A stretch of 64,000 nucleotides of DNA, taken from contig OZ037769.1 of NCBI GenBank assembly GCA_964035545.1, forward strand, positions 7,049,929 to 7,113,928. The letters are read 5' to 3'. Source of the DNA: Bugula neritina (taxonomy: Eukaryota > Animalia > Bryozoa). Positions 39,363 to 58,863 of this stretch are shown piece after piece (position 1 is the first letter of the stretch; each line of letters starts with the position of its first letter). The notes beneath the pieces were generated by a model that worked only from the letters and a program-made list of their open reading frames with translations, did no database searches and was not told the origin of the DNA. Position numbers and translations under genes: made by a program.

Positions 39363-40803
39363 TTACTTGACTTACTTGAAGACACAATCACGTTAGACCA
39401 CTAGATTAGTGTAAGCGACGTGCCTCGTTTGGTGAACAGAATTATTAGATGTAGTTAATACTTTTATCACATAAGTGCAGTTCTGTTTTAAGACTTTGGT
39501 GCCAGTACAGGGCCTTATGACTATGAGGCTTGTCTGTGAGCAGCATTTGATGTTATTTTCATATCACGTATTGTTGTGGGTAGAAAGCTGGCATGAAATA
39601 GTGAGGTGTTAGTCCTAAAAGTGGTGGGCATGCCATTTGACTGGGACCTGATGATAACTGATGTAGTGGGCTGGTCGATGAGGTGTTCATACGATTTTGA
39701 GAGTGAAGGATGATATTCCTCTTTGGCCAAGATCCGCATCAAGAGACTAAGTCGTAGGTCTTTGCGCCTGTTTTGCAAGGGGGTTAATCCAAGCCTAGAT
39801 CTTGCCTCATCTGAGCCACCCCTGCCTTTAATACCTGCCACAAATCTCACAGCCTGCTCTTGCACTTGCTCAATATCTACTACAGCCTTCTTGGAGCTAG
39901 GGTCCCACACAGCAGCAGCATTTTTTAGGTGAGGACGACACAGGGCTTTGTATGCTATTAACTTCGCCTTTTCTGGTGCCCAATACAGTGCCCTTTTGAT
40001 CATCCCGAGTTGTCGTTTTGCTGTGAGTAATTTCAGCTGGATATGCATGTCGAACTTCAGGTCTGATTGAATTGTGACACCAAGATACAACGCGTGGTCA
40101 ACAACTGCGAGAGTCTGGCCTCCAAGTGAATAGTTATGTGTGAATTTCTTGTTACTGAAGATGATGATCTTGCTTTTTTTCACATTGAAAGACATACCCA
40201 TCCTACATGCCCAGGAGTCCAAAGAGTTTAGGTTGTGCTGAAAACGGGCTGTGTCCTGCTGGCTTGTGATGGTCTGGTACATTAAGGTGTCGTCTGCAAA
40301 TAGGGCGACTGGGCAATCTAGCTCGTTTGGAAGGCCATTGATAAATATCAGGAAAAGCACAGGCTCGAGAACTGATCCCTGAGGTACCCCTGACGAGACT
40401 GGGAGACTGCTTGACACCTTACCATTAAGTATCACCCGCTGGGACCTATCAGTAAGGAAGTTATGTATCCAGTGAAGTATATGTGTGTCAATTGTTCCGA
40501 TCCCGGAGAGTTTTTCCATTAGAAGTGCATGCGGCACCTTGTCAAAGGCTTTTGTGAAGTCAAGCACCGCAGCATGAGTGCTCAAGCCTTTATCTGCCGC
40601 ACTGAGAATATCATGCATGGTGGCACAGAGTTGTGTCTCACATGATAGCCCTTTTCTAAAGCCGTGCTGTCTGCTGTGAAGGAAACCATCTATTTTCTCT
40701 AGTAAAATACCAAGAACGATGTGCTCTAGTAGCTTACATGGAATGCTAGTTAGGGAGATTGGCCTATAGTTGTTGGCAGAGCTCCTGTCACCACTCTTGA
40801 AGA
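39362..40803 (-). mobile_element. 5'-truncated non-LTR retrotransposon (CR1/L2-group-like), reverse-transcriptase C-terminal part plus 3' UTR
   Basis: Open frame IFKSGDRSSANNYRPISLTSIPCKLLEHI...QHGFRKGLSCETQL...LDFTKAFDKVPH...SGVPQGSVLEPVLF...LFADD...YLGVTI, stop at 39521; 3' end with a short TCAAGTAA tandem tail. No endonuclease domain. Confidence 0.92.
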
Positions 40804-40814
40804 TTTGATTTATG

Positions 40815-41035
40815 ATTTACTAGTAGTAGTAGTACTACCGCTAATAGTAGTACTACTACGTCTGCTACTACTAGTACTACGACCTTGAGCTAATAACTAA
40901 TAGTAGTAATACTACTAGTATACTATTAGTACTAGTACTAGTAGACGTACTACTACTACTACTAGTAGTAGTAGCAGCAGTACTACTGCTCAGTACTAGT
41001 ACTAGTAGTACTAGTACTACTACTGGTAGTGCTAC
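40815..41035. repeat. Degenerate (TAG/TAC)n microsatellite
   Basis: tagtagtactact-type repeats flanking the LINE 5' truncation point. Confidence 0.85.
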
Positions 41036-41224
41036 TCGGTACTCGCATAAAAGGCAAAGCATTTAATGATTTACTCATTTAATTTTATTATTTAATTTTA
41101 AATAATTTATATTATGATTATGAATAATAATATTATTACTACTATTCCTGTTTATAATTATAATATTATAATTATTAGTATTGCCATTGGTAATATTTAC
41201 AAATATTCTTTGTCTAGTCACAAG

Positions 41225-41300
41225 AGATTCCATTCCAACAGTCTGGAAAACTGTTAGGGTTAAACCTATTTTTAAAAAGGGAGGCAAGCACTAGCCTAAC
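41225..41300 (+). mobile_element. Tiny LINE ORF2 relic
   Basis: Translates to IPTVWKTVRVKPIFKKGGKH*PN, resembling the P..WK.A.V.PIFKKG motif preceding LINE RT. Confidence 0.5.
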
Positions 41301-41435
41301 ATGAAATATGCAAGCTGTAACATGAACGTAGTAATACTGAATGGGATATGCATGAGCGACACCTAATTTTAATAGTGTGTGTTTAAATTTATGTTTTACT
41401 AACTTTGATTTTGTAGGAGCCTAATAACAGCCACA

Positions 41436-48356
<6,921 letters not shown>

Positions 48357-49558
48357 GAGACCAAGTCGCTGACCGACAGCGGTGTTTAACTCGAGCTAAA
48401 CTGGTACAGCTTTAGTGTGACACTTCCAGCAACTGCTGATATTCAGCAGAATCTCTAACTATCCTTAATCCTGAATCTCCACATGCATACAGTTGTACAT
48501 GTTTTTTGTTCTACTTAATGTCTGTGAGGCATTTATCTCGGCAATAATATTTGTACACAGAAGTATGTTATGTCATGCAATGGGTTTTATTGTAGGAGGG
48601 GGTGTGGTATTTATAAGTCTTCTACAATAATTTATATCTTTTTATCTCTTGGTTTAAAGGGTGAACAGTTTTTTGTATTTCTTTAATACAAAGTGAAAAA
48701 ATCAGCTCCGATTTTATGATAGAAACATAGTGACTCAGATGGGTCTTCTCTTTTAGGACCTCTTGATAGAGAAGTGACTGGTGGATACGCAATACATGCA
48801 GTATAGTTCTGAATGGCTCCAGATATTTCTTGACTAAATTTGTTAAATACCTTGAAACTTTACATATCATGTATATGCATGGTATCCAGAGCAAGTTGAT
48901 TAATAAAACACTTCTTTGTGTTTATATTTCTAGTTAACTTAATGGTTCACTTGAGCACTTGATATAACAACTGATTCTAGCCTTAGCTGTGCTTATAGCA
49001 TTAGAATATTTGAATGTGTTGAAGATTTATTGCACCAAAGCTTTGCTGAAATATTTTATTTTATAAAAAATATTCGTTTATGGTTGATTCATTGGTTTAA
49101 ACAAAATTTGATTGGTAGAAAACTATGTGACCACTAAAATTTAACAAAAAATACAGTGTTAATTTAAAATGAGCTATTAATAAAAGTACATTATAGTTCT
49201 CATCCTATTATGGAACATAGATGCAAAATTCTTTCTGCTTTCATAAAAGAAAAACAATATCAAAATAATAAAACTGTATGCATAGAGATCTAGGCTTGGT
49301 AAATATATGTATGGGAATGATAGAACATCATACAACATAAATAAACTTGAGCTTAGGCTACATATATAATTAATTATAAATTACAAGTGTTTACAAGAAG
49401 TTAAAGATGGGTTATAAAAGTTGAAAATGCTGACTCAATACATTGTGCAGCAGAAAAAAATAGTACAAGTATAATTTCCTAAGTATTCTCTTTGAGCAAA
49501 CATGGAGCAGATATGAGGACTACAGGTTCTACACTACCCGATAAACTCCGACAACTAG

Positions 49559-52500
49559 TCAAGAGTGACAAGGCACTCTCATTCGATACTCCAAGAGATC
49601 CTTGCCAGCAATGTGCCAATACAAAAACGCTATGACGACTATCAAGTGCCACCATTGGTGACTAGATCCAATATAGTCCACTCGCCCTGTAGAAAGTAAA
49701 AACATACAAGTTGGAACTACACAAATAGCAGTATGACACTAATGATCCCAGAGTTGCACAGGATGGTGCTTAAATAATTGCAAGCCCTAAAAGCAGTCTG
49801 CTATTAAGTCACAATTCTTAAATTATTAGTCCCTGTCAGCCTGATTTAAGCATAAACCACAACTTTATTATAGGTAGGGAAGAAGTTGAAATATTTTACT
49901 AGAAACAAGTATACGCATTTCGAGGCAGTCATGAATTTACCAGCTTGTAAAAAGAATTTTCCATTTCTTCCCAGAATGATTGAAAATTATTTACAGAAAT
50001 TTTCTGATTACTAGATGGTTTACACTAGTTTACTATAAGCAGCTTAGACTGGGTGTAGTTTACAGCAGACTCTAGCAAGAGAGTATTTTACCTGAGATGG
50101 AGCTTTCCTCTTCACTACCCTAAACCACAATCCATATTTGGTTATCCATAGATTCCAGTTACTCAATTTAAACCAATATAACATTGTTTCAACAAATAAT
50201 CATTATACTATCATCATATTCCTTTTTCTAGTAGGTACTAGAATTATATTCAGTTATTACCACTGTCCTTACAATATACAGGTAATGACAACCTCAAGTA
50301 ACCAAGATAATAAAGTAGCGACATGAATTGCCTACAGTAGTGAGGTTGAAACAATTTGATTTTAAAATGTTGAGGGAGAGACTGGTTTTAAACTTAGGAG
50401 CTACCTAATGGCAAATCTAAATTGTTGAACTGAAACTTTTTGACAACTGAAGTTATATTAGTTTAATAAAATTTTCTACCAACTGTCAGCCATTCATGGT
50501 TTGTCATAGCTGCAGTCCTATTGCGCCATACAACCTTGTCATTATAATTTTTCAGTTGATTGTAATTTTTTCTTTTATTTTTGAATAAATAGAACAAAAC
50601 AAGCACACAAGTAGTAGAATGTATTGAGTAAGCACACAAGTAGTAGAATGTATTGAGTAAGCACACAAGTAGTAGAATGTATTGAGTAAGCACTCACCTG
50701 GAAACATGCATTCTGGAAACTTGGTAGCATAGAAAAACAGGGCTAGTACCAACAATAAATAAACCACTATGATTTTAGCATAGAAGAACTACAACAAGAA
50801 AACACATGGACAGCGTATTCATAATACAGCGACACTTTAGAGCTGAAGATTCATTGCTAGTATCAAAGATTTTATTTGCTCTATTAACATTCTTTTCTAA
50901 AGTTCTATGTTGAAGATCTTCTGGCACTTTTTATATCCTATCACATTTCTATCTGCTTAGGTCTTTGAGTACCTCCACTATATATTCGAAGACACAGAAG
51001 GCCAGAACTGTTGAATGAATGTGCTATGGTAGTGCAAATGAGATTTCTTTGAAAGTGCACCGTAAAACATAATATTCTAAAATTATCATATAATTAAGAA
51101 GATGAATCTCAGGCCAGTTAGTATCAATCACTAAACAGTACTAGACACCACAAGGCCTTCGGCCCAATGTTGAATACAACTTCCACAATAGAGAATTAGT
51201 GTGAAATTAAAACTGTTCACCAAAGCACCACCTATCCATCCTCTATGTTAATGCAGCAATATATAATAACATGAATTCTTTTCCGTAGCAACCAAATTAT
51301 TATAATTTAGTATACAATTCCTATACTAAAACCACTATATTTTTGACACAATTGAATTGTTGTAGATATAGTGTTGTTAGAATGAAAGAAACTGAATACC
51401 TGCACTACTTCAGCATGTACACCTCCACTGAGGTAGATCCAATGTAAGGCAGGCATAACCCCATATCCAGCCACACAACTATACAACACCATTCTAGTTG
51501 TATTCCACGAGTTAGTAAAATATCGGGGATGAAATTGTAGCCCGAGTGTAACTGCAGCTAAACAGCACACAACCAATATATATAAATCTCGCCATACCTG
51601 CAAAATTTAGTCACCGTGTGAAAAGTAACAGACTGTGATTATGTGACAGCACAGTGCACTAAGACGAGTCAAATTTGTTAGTATTTTGATTAAATGCATG
51701 AGTTAAAAATAGTTGAGCAGCCACAGTTTAGTGGTTAGATCGCTGACCTAGTAAACACAAGGTTAGTGGTTCAAACCCCAGTAAAGACCATTGGTGATGT
51801 TAGGAAGGGCATTCAGTCATAATACTGGTTATATTGGTCACCTTTCACCCCCCCCCCCCCCCGTGATCCTGCGCGGGTGGCGGGATAATAATGGTTATAT
51901 TGCCACAATAAAAAGCAAATCTGCCTAGAAAAAACTTCTCCACTAAGAGTTCTAACAGAGTTGATGACTGTGAAACCACTCGAGTATGAAGTAAAAGTAA
52001 AATAATGAAACTGGAAGAAAGACCCGCCTGGTGACAGTAGAATGCAAGGTGGACGGCAGGCAAGTAGCAACCAATAAGCCCGATGGAGATTCCCGTCAAA
52101 TCCATGGCCAACCACCGCCTCGACGCCTTCTCACTGTGACAGTAGAATATGTGGTAACCAGCTGAGAGGATCATGCAGGTTTGGTAGCATAGCAGACCTG
52201 TGGGACACAGACTAAGCAGTGATAAACTGATCAACACACTACAGTATAACAACCTGGAGTTCACATGCATAGTAAAATATTCATTATACTTCATTTAATA
52301 TGAGTTAATGGAAAGCAGGCTATGCAGTTCCCAGGAATATAGGCTAAATATAAGCAGAAGATTTTTAGTGCAAGGAAACTAAATACTCTATACAATTAGA
52401 CACATTTGACATCACAAAAATGGCGCCGTTTGTTTCTTGCTTAGCTTGTTCAATAGAGTTAGTAAGATCTATGTACCCCAAGGTCACTCAAGGTACAGTG

Positions 52501-53834
52501 TGAAATATTACTGGCTACCAACCCGTGGTGAGATAGATATGGTCGGTCAGCTGTGAGGTTTGACTAGTTGGGGATGTTTGAAGAAATCTGGCCATATTTT
52601 CGGCACACATGGCCACAAAGAATATTATACAACCTACTAGATGTGACCAGATGTTGATCGTCTCATTACTCCACAGGAATAAGCTGCAAGTATAACAGAG
52701 TTTAAGTATAACAGAGTATAAGTATAACAGAGTATAAGTATAACAGAGTATAAGTATAACAGAGTATAACAGAGTATAACAGAGTATAACAGAGTATAAC
52801 AGAGTATAACAGAGTATAACAGAGTATAACAGAGTATAACAGAGTATAACAGAGTATAACAGAGTATAACAGAGTATAACAGAGTATAACAGAGTATAAC
52901 AAAGTATAACAAAGTATAAGTAAAACAGAGTATAACGTAACAATTAATTTGATAAAATTTGTTATACAAAGCTTGGTAAAAGTGCTACTTTATTGACATA
53001 CTAATTCCAGACATATACACAGCTTTGTAAACAGTGTAAAGGCCTTCAACTACTTAGAAATTATTTATACCATCAACTCTACAGTTACTGATTCAAACCT
53101 ACCAGAGTTTTCTGTACATTGTAAATGTAGATCATGTGCTAAAGCTTACAAAAATAAAAATGACTAGAAAGACATTGTATTAAAACGTAATATAATGGTA
53201 AAGGATGCATTCATACAAGTTTGTACTTTCCTGTATCATTATGCATACATCTCTACCCGACTAGATCGTATAATCTTGTCTCAAGCAATACACCACGGAA
53301 TGGAACATATATAATAAACAGTCATTGGTAGCTAAATTTTAATTGGAATAGTACATGTATTGTACCAAAATCCTCTAGTGAAATCTGCACGGATGTATAG
53401 TATAGTATGATAGTAGAAAAAAATTAAATCCAGGTTTAATAGTAAGACTGGATATTAAAGTAACACCAACACTAGAATAAAGACAATTACCTGGAGAAAC
53501 ACTGGGAGGCAGGGAGGTATGCTCTGTATCCCTTCTTTATGTAAGGATTTCCTCTGAGGAAATTCGGAACATCTTCGTATCTACACAGACACATCATACG
53601 TCTCATGTGTCGGCATAAGCAATGGTAACAGAACAGGTAGATATATGTAGAAAATAAGAATTACCTGTAAAGGGTTACATCAGACACACGTGTTGATGAA
53701 CACGCCGTTTGAGAAAGAATGTGATTGAGTCCACACTGGTTATCTACTTCAATGTCCAGCACTGTGTAGGTGCGGTCACTGGCCAACTGACCATTGAGCA
53801 ACATCTTGCTGCGATCCCGGGTGGATGAGGCCAT
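49559..53834 (-). CDS. PAQR3: Progestin and adipoQ receptor family member 3
   Basis: Exons 53834-53665, 53580-53491, 52683-52523, 52197-52028 (GC donor), 51597-51400, 50788-50698, 49686-49559. Motifs VPNFLRGNPYIKKGYRA, SNETINIWSHL, SAGYHIFYCHS, MDLTGISIG, GYGVMPALHW, KFPECMFPGRVDYIGSSHQWWH. Confidence 0.93.
50601..50697. repeat. 29-bp tandem repeat, about 3 copies, abutting a PAQR3 splice donor
   Basis: aagcacacaagtagtagaatgtattgagt units ending at the donor (50696-50697). Confidence 0.9.
51715..51822 (+). mobile_element. Partial SINE family A
   Basis: GAGCAGCC..GGTTCAAACCCCAGTAAAGACCATTGGTGATGTTAGGAAGGGCATTCAGTCATAA. Confidence 0.8.
52689..52936. repeat. 10-bp minisatellite (AGAGTATAAC)n with 16-bp variants, abutting a PAQR3 acceptor
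   Basis: More than 15 perfect agagtataac units; source of the spurious ORFs at 52515-52969. Confidence 0.95.
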
Positions 53835-54013
53835 TGCATGACTTCACAAGGGCATTCTAGATCGAACAATAGGAGTTGAGCTGGGAGAAAAATTATCTTA
53901 TAAAACTCGGAAATGCCATGAAATGTGCACGTTGGCATAATTGCTAAAACTAAACAAGTTTAGGTGAAAAATTAACAAGATATTTCAATGTGATGTTTGA
54001 TTTTCAATTTAGA

Positions 54014-54220
54014 TAGCAATGGAGCAGCCGTGGTTTAGGGGATACAGCGCTGGCTTATTAAACACGAAGTCATGAGTTCAAACCCCAGTAAAGGCCATTA
54101 GTGATGTTCGGAAGAGTATTCACTCATAATAGCTTCTATGCCCCATATAAATAAGTCCTTAGCCCAAATTAACAAAAAAAAAACCTTTTCATCAGGAATA
54201 GCGACTATAAACTTGTGTGA
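54014..54220 (+). mobile_element. tRNA-derived SINE, family A, with perfect 19-bp target-site duplication
   Basis: A-box TGGTTTAGGGG, B-box GAGTTCAAACCC; flanked by GTTTGATTTTCAATTTAGA at 53995-54013 and 54221-54239. A decayed second copy follows at about 54240-54345. Confidence 0.9.
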
Positions 54221-57200
54221 GTTTGATTTTCAATTTAGAGAACAGTCATACTCTAGACTTTAGTGCTTAGAGCGCTGGTCTTGTATGACACAGGGTTTTG
54301 GCTATGGGTGATGTCAAGAAGAGCATCTGATTATAATTGCTCCAGTGCTGCAATAAAATCTCCCAAACCATGTTGCCGGCATGATTAGAGGCATCTAGGA
54401 TCCAGCAGGGACAGAGATTTTAAACAGACGTGAGTAAATTAAAAACTTCGAGAACACCAATTAAAATGTCAACCAGATATTATTCAGCTATAAGTTTATG
54501 CTGACTGTTTCAATTATATTTCAAATCTTAATCCAATGCTAAAAATAGATGTCTAGACAATGTTATTAAATATGTCCCAGGTGCTCAAGTATTGAAGAAA
54601 CAAGCCATTAGTTCACGAGTTGACTGATAATGGTGTTGACTAATTAACTTGATTTTACACAACTTTTCACAATAAACACCTACTTATTAAACTTATGGCA
54701 AGTATATGAATAGTGAATACACAGTATGACTTTCCGACTACTAGCTGATAATTATTACAGAATCCTAATGTTCACTTTGACAAGCCAGACAGTGACAACA
54801 GCGCCCTGGGCCTAAGGTGACAAAATTATACACACAGCTGTTGATACCATAAATAAAAACCCCACAAATGCTTTTTCTTTTTATAGTAAAATTATCATAT
54901 TACAAATTTTAATTAGAAATTTTCCTAGTTTTTGATCATTTAACTCAAAGTTAAAATACAGCTGAGTCTAAATTAAGGCAATAATCAGTCCTAGTAAAAT
55001 CATGTCATAGCATCTTGCATCTAAGAATGCAAAAGCTGACATGGCCTTCAGGGTTTTTCAAAGGAAGGATGTAAGGGAAAGTGATTTAACAAAGAAAACT
55101 TCAAATGGTGGAAAAACAAAAGTTTTAAAACTTGTTATGGGCAAAATTCACCAGCAGAAAACTTGACAAGAAATAGAAAAATTTTAAAACCTTACGATTA
55201 TTAATTATTAATTATTAATCAAGTGAATAATAAAGGTTTTCCTATTTGAAACATCAAAGACTAACTAAAAAAGTAAATGAACTACCTTTATTTTATAGCT
55301 AATAAGTAATACCTTATAGTTATCATCATGAATATTACAGTTGTGGTTAGGTGTCTTGAACCTAGGGAACCTTCAGTAGCTTCATTTACTGCTTAGGGTA
55401 TTATTATTTCACAAGAGCCAAATTCAAGGGTTACAATTGTCTTTGGTTGAAGAAAGATGTTAGATAGCTTTAATTTCAGTTTCTAATACTGAAAAAAAAA
55501 CAAAAATATTCAAATTGATTACTAAAAAGACTTTAACAAAAATTTAATGAGTGTCATTAAGCTAATGTTCATGTTAGTATAAGTAAAATTATAATATTTC
55601 ACTATTACTATTAGTATTAGGATTTGAACAGTTAGTAGATATTAACTTTAACATAATAAACAATGGTTTATATTAATATACTATAATAGCTGTTAGTATT
55701 ACAATTACTATTACCATTAGCATTAATAATACTAATACTAAATTAATAGTATGATTGGACCAAAGCGTAGTAAAAAAATTATATAAAAACTAACTTAATT
55801 TAATAAACTCTTATAATTATAATAGCTTCAGATAATAGTATGATGATACTCTAAAATGTTTGATTAATAAATCATTAAATGAGTCGTTCTTGAACGACTA
55901 ACTCCAAGTCTAACACTAATGAGTGATGAGACGAACGAACTTAAAGTTAAATTTTAGATCTTGAAGTTGATATTATAATTATAATTATCAATAATATTAA
56001 TATTAATTTATAATATTATAGTTGAAAACTACAAAGTACAAACTGACAAAGTAAATGTGTTAATAAATCATTTGATATAGTTATTGAGACTTGAACTACC
56101 AAATCAAAACTCAAAATAGTAGTTATTAAGTTTAATAAGTATCAGTAATTAGTAATAGAACTAAAATGCTGATGTCTGACCATCAATTTTCAATTCTTAC
56201 TATTGCTATTACTATGGCAAGTGTACAAATAAAGCGTATTAGTGAAGGCTCATTGGTTGAAACTAAAAATTTTGTGATTGGTAGAGGGTTACCTCCAAAC
56301 CTCAAACTTTAAGTTTATAGCAACATGTTTGACCGAAAGGCTATGCTTTTGTACTCGGTCTTGAAACTTTTAGTAATTTAGAGTTGTTTTCCTAAAATTA
56401 AGCAGCGTAACTCCCAAGACGAAGTTTATAATTCTATAATTAAACGATCATCATGGATAGTTAAATGTTTAACAAGATCGATTCTATATAACAGCTTGCT
56501 GCCTAAACTTTTCGTGAAATGGCTCTTTTTAAACAACAAGTCTTGTACATTCTGCAGTCTATTTACCCCATGTTATTGTACTCCATAACTCATAGGGATA
56601 TACCCTTGTTCAATCAGTTTATTATGTAACACTGCAATCATAGAGTAATTTATGTTGACACCTATTACTAATTTCTGTTTTACTGATGGTTGTTTAATAG
56701 AGCTTACAGTTTTAGTAATACACTTGTTTAAGTAAATTGGTTATGTTAAATACAGCAAAAGCTATTTTATTAAATGCTTAAATAATTCCAGTTATTTATT
56801 GTTTTAGTAATGACACTCACTGCATTTTATGTAAAATACTGATTATATATGCTTACTTTATTATACACTCATATTATCAGAGCAAACCAAATACCCATAA
56901 ATCTTAGTACTCAGCATTTGCTTACTGTGCAACTCACAAGCTCGTGCCGGCTCATTTTTCTGTCTCATGACATCATGCAGATAGCAAAGTTTTAAGTAGA
57001 TAACTGACAATACCTAAAATATAAAACAAAAGTTTTTATTGAGAAAGTCAAGAAAATAGGTCACCTTGGTCATCAAGCAAAGATATGTCTATTTAAGCAT
57101 ACGCCTAATAGCAGACTAATAATTTGCTTTGCTTTGTAATATGTGATAATACTTTCACAGAAAGACTTCTGCTTCATAATTTGAGTTCATCTCTTGATGG

Positions 57201-57397
57201 TAGTCAAATATAAAATACTCATGGAAAAAAATGCTACTTGTTTAGATGCATCTATAAATCAGAAAGAAATTTTTTTGAATAAGTAAAGTTTTGAACATTT
57301 CTAAACAGACATATTTTTTAAAACAAGCATTTTTCCTCTAAAATGAGCCTTGGGGCAGATGTACTATTGTGTTGTAGCAAGAAAAACATAAATCTAT

Positions 57398-57577
57398 GTT
57401 TATAGTCATTATCCCTGTGAAAACCTCTAACAGAATTTTTTCAAACAAGACTTATTCATATATGTAGTACAGCTGCAATTATGATTGGATGCTCTTTCTA
57501 ACCTCACCTTGGTGTTTGGACCCACACCACTGACCTCATACACTTTACTAATATCCCAGAGCTCTAGCAACTGCTCT
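57398..57577 (-). mobile_element. Degenerate SINE family A
   Basis: Contains ttatagtc..ccctgtga, gacttattca, gcaattatgattggatgctctttctaac and ctgctc, matching the minus-strand copies. Confidence 0.65.
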
Positions 57578-58746
57578 CAATTTTGCAGAACTTGTTCAGT
57601 TAAAATTATTGGCCTATAAAACTGATCTATGGCCTTCTGAATCAAAAGGTTAGAATTAAGAGCTAAATAAACTAAAGAAAATTTGCATTTTGCAGCATTT
57701 AATAGAAAAACAACTGGCATAAAAGAAATCTGCAATAGTTTTCTAAAATTAATGCATTGAACAATAGAGTAGAATTTATAAAAATAAACATCAAGCTGGC
57801 AGTAAGCATTTTTTGTGGATTTCATAGGTATATCTTACATGACAGGTCACACAGAGTAGGGTTAGGTGAACTTGATATAGCAGTCTGGCTCAAGTATGAT
57901 TTCAGGAAGTAATATAATTCAACAGCAGGTTTTTTTCACCTAAATAGAAAAATAATCTTATTAGTCATGAAAAATACTTTACTAGCTTGATTGTACCCGA
58001 GTATTCTTCAATTATACAGTATATACATATTACTGAGCTTCACACGGTTATTATTAATTATATCCTAAATCTTAATGAGAGAAGCGATGGCATAAAGGTA
58101 ACAATTAGCGGAAAAGGTGATGACATGTGTAGTCAAGTGCTGCATAGTGTCATAAAAGAAACAACTAATTATGCTGTAATAAGCTTGAATTGGTCAAATA
58201 AAGGAATTGAGTTCCGTAAAGATGCTAATTGCTGTCTGGATATTGTTGCACCTGTCTGAATGTCTGATACCAAAGCTGCTTCAAAACAAATCCAAGCGTA
58301 GACTCTGAAAGCATGCTTAATGTCCTATTATATTACATTATAAACAGCTATACATAGATAGCATGAAAATTGCTTCTGAGTAAATTAAATATTTGTTCAT
58401 TAAGTTTTTAGGATAAAAACCCAGAAAAAGTACCACGAACTATGAAATTTGCTGTAATCATTCTTTGTCACTTGATTCACTCACCATGACTTCCTGTGCT
58501 CAACTAATTTCCTTCCTACCTTCATAAAAAAATTAGAACAATGTCATTTCTAGTAATACAGGAAATATCAGAAGCTTTACATACAGCTACAAATAAACTT
58601 ATCCATGGTGACACAGAATTTACATAAACTATGGCCACCATTGTTGAAAAGTGGAGTACCAAAGATTACTGTTTTAATAATAGTAAATACTCAATAATTC
58701 TGTAGCAGTTAGTATTAATGTAAGGAGTTAGCACGCTATAATATGT

Positions 58747-58856
58747 CGGTGGTGGTGATGAATGGTGATGGTGGTGGTGATGAATGGTGATGGTGGTGGT
58801 AGTGGTGGTGGTGATGAATGGTGATGGTGGTGGTGATGAATGGTGATGGCGGTGGT
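58747..58856. repeat. (GGT/GAT)n compound microsatellite
   Basis: ggtggtgatgaatggtgat units. Confidence 0.9.
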
Positions 58857-58863
58857 ATCGAAC

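Noticed and set aside
38053-41287. Low-complexity ORFs at 38053-38307, 39149-39370, 40877-41062 and 41075-41287
   Set aside because: Products of (TAN)n microsatellite tracts or antisense of LINE relics.
40803-41300. Twin-priming 5' inversion linking the minus-strand LINE and the plus-strand 41225-41300 piece
   Set aside because: The pieces are about 400 bp apart and their overlapping IFK(S/K)G region differs in sequence, suggesting separate insertions.
52515-52969. Hydrophobic repeat ORFs (LCYTLLYSVI)n
   Set aside because: Translation of the intronic 10-bp minisatellite; only 52683-52523 is a real exon.
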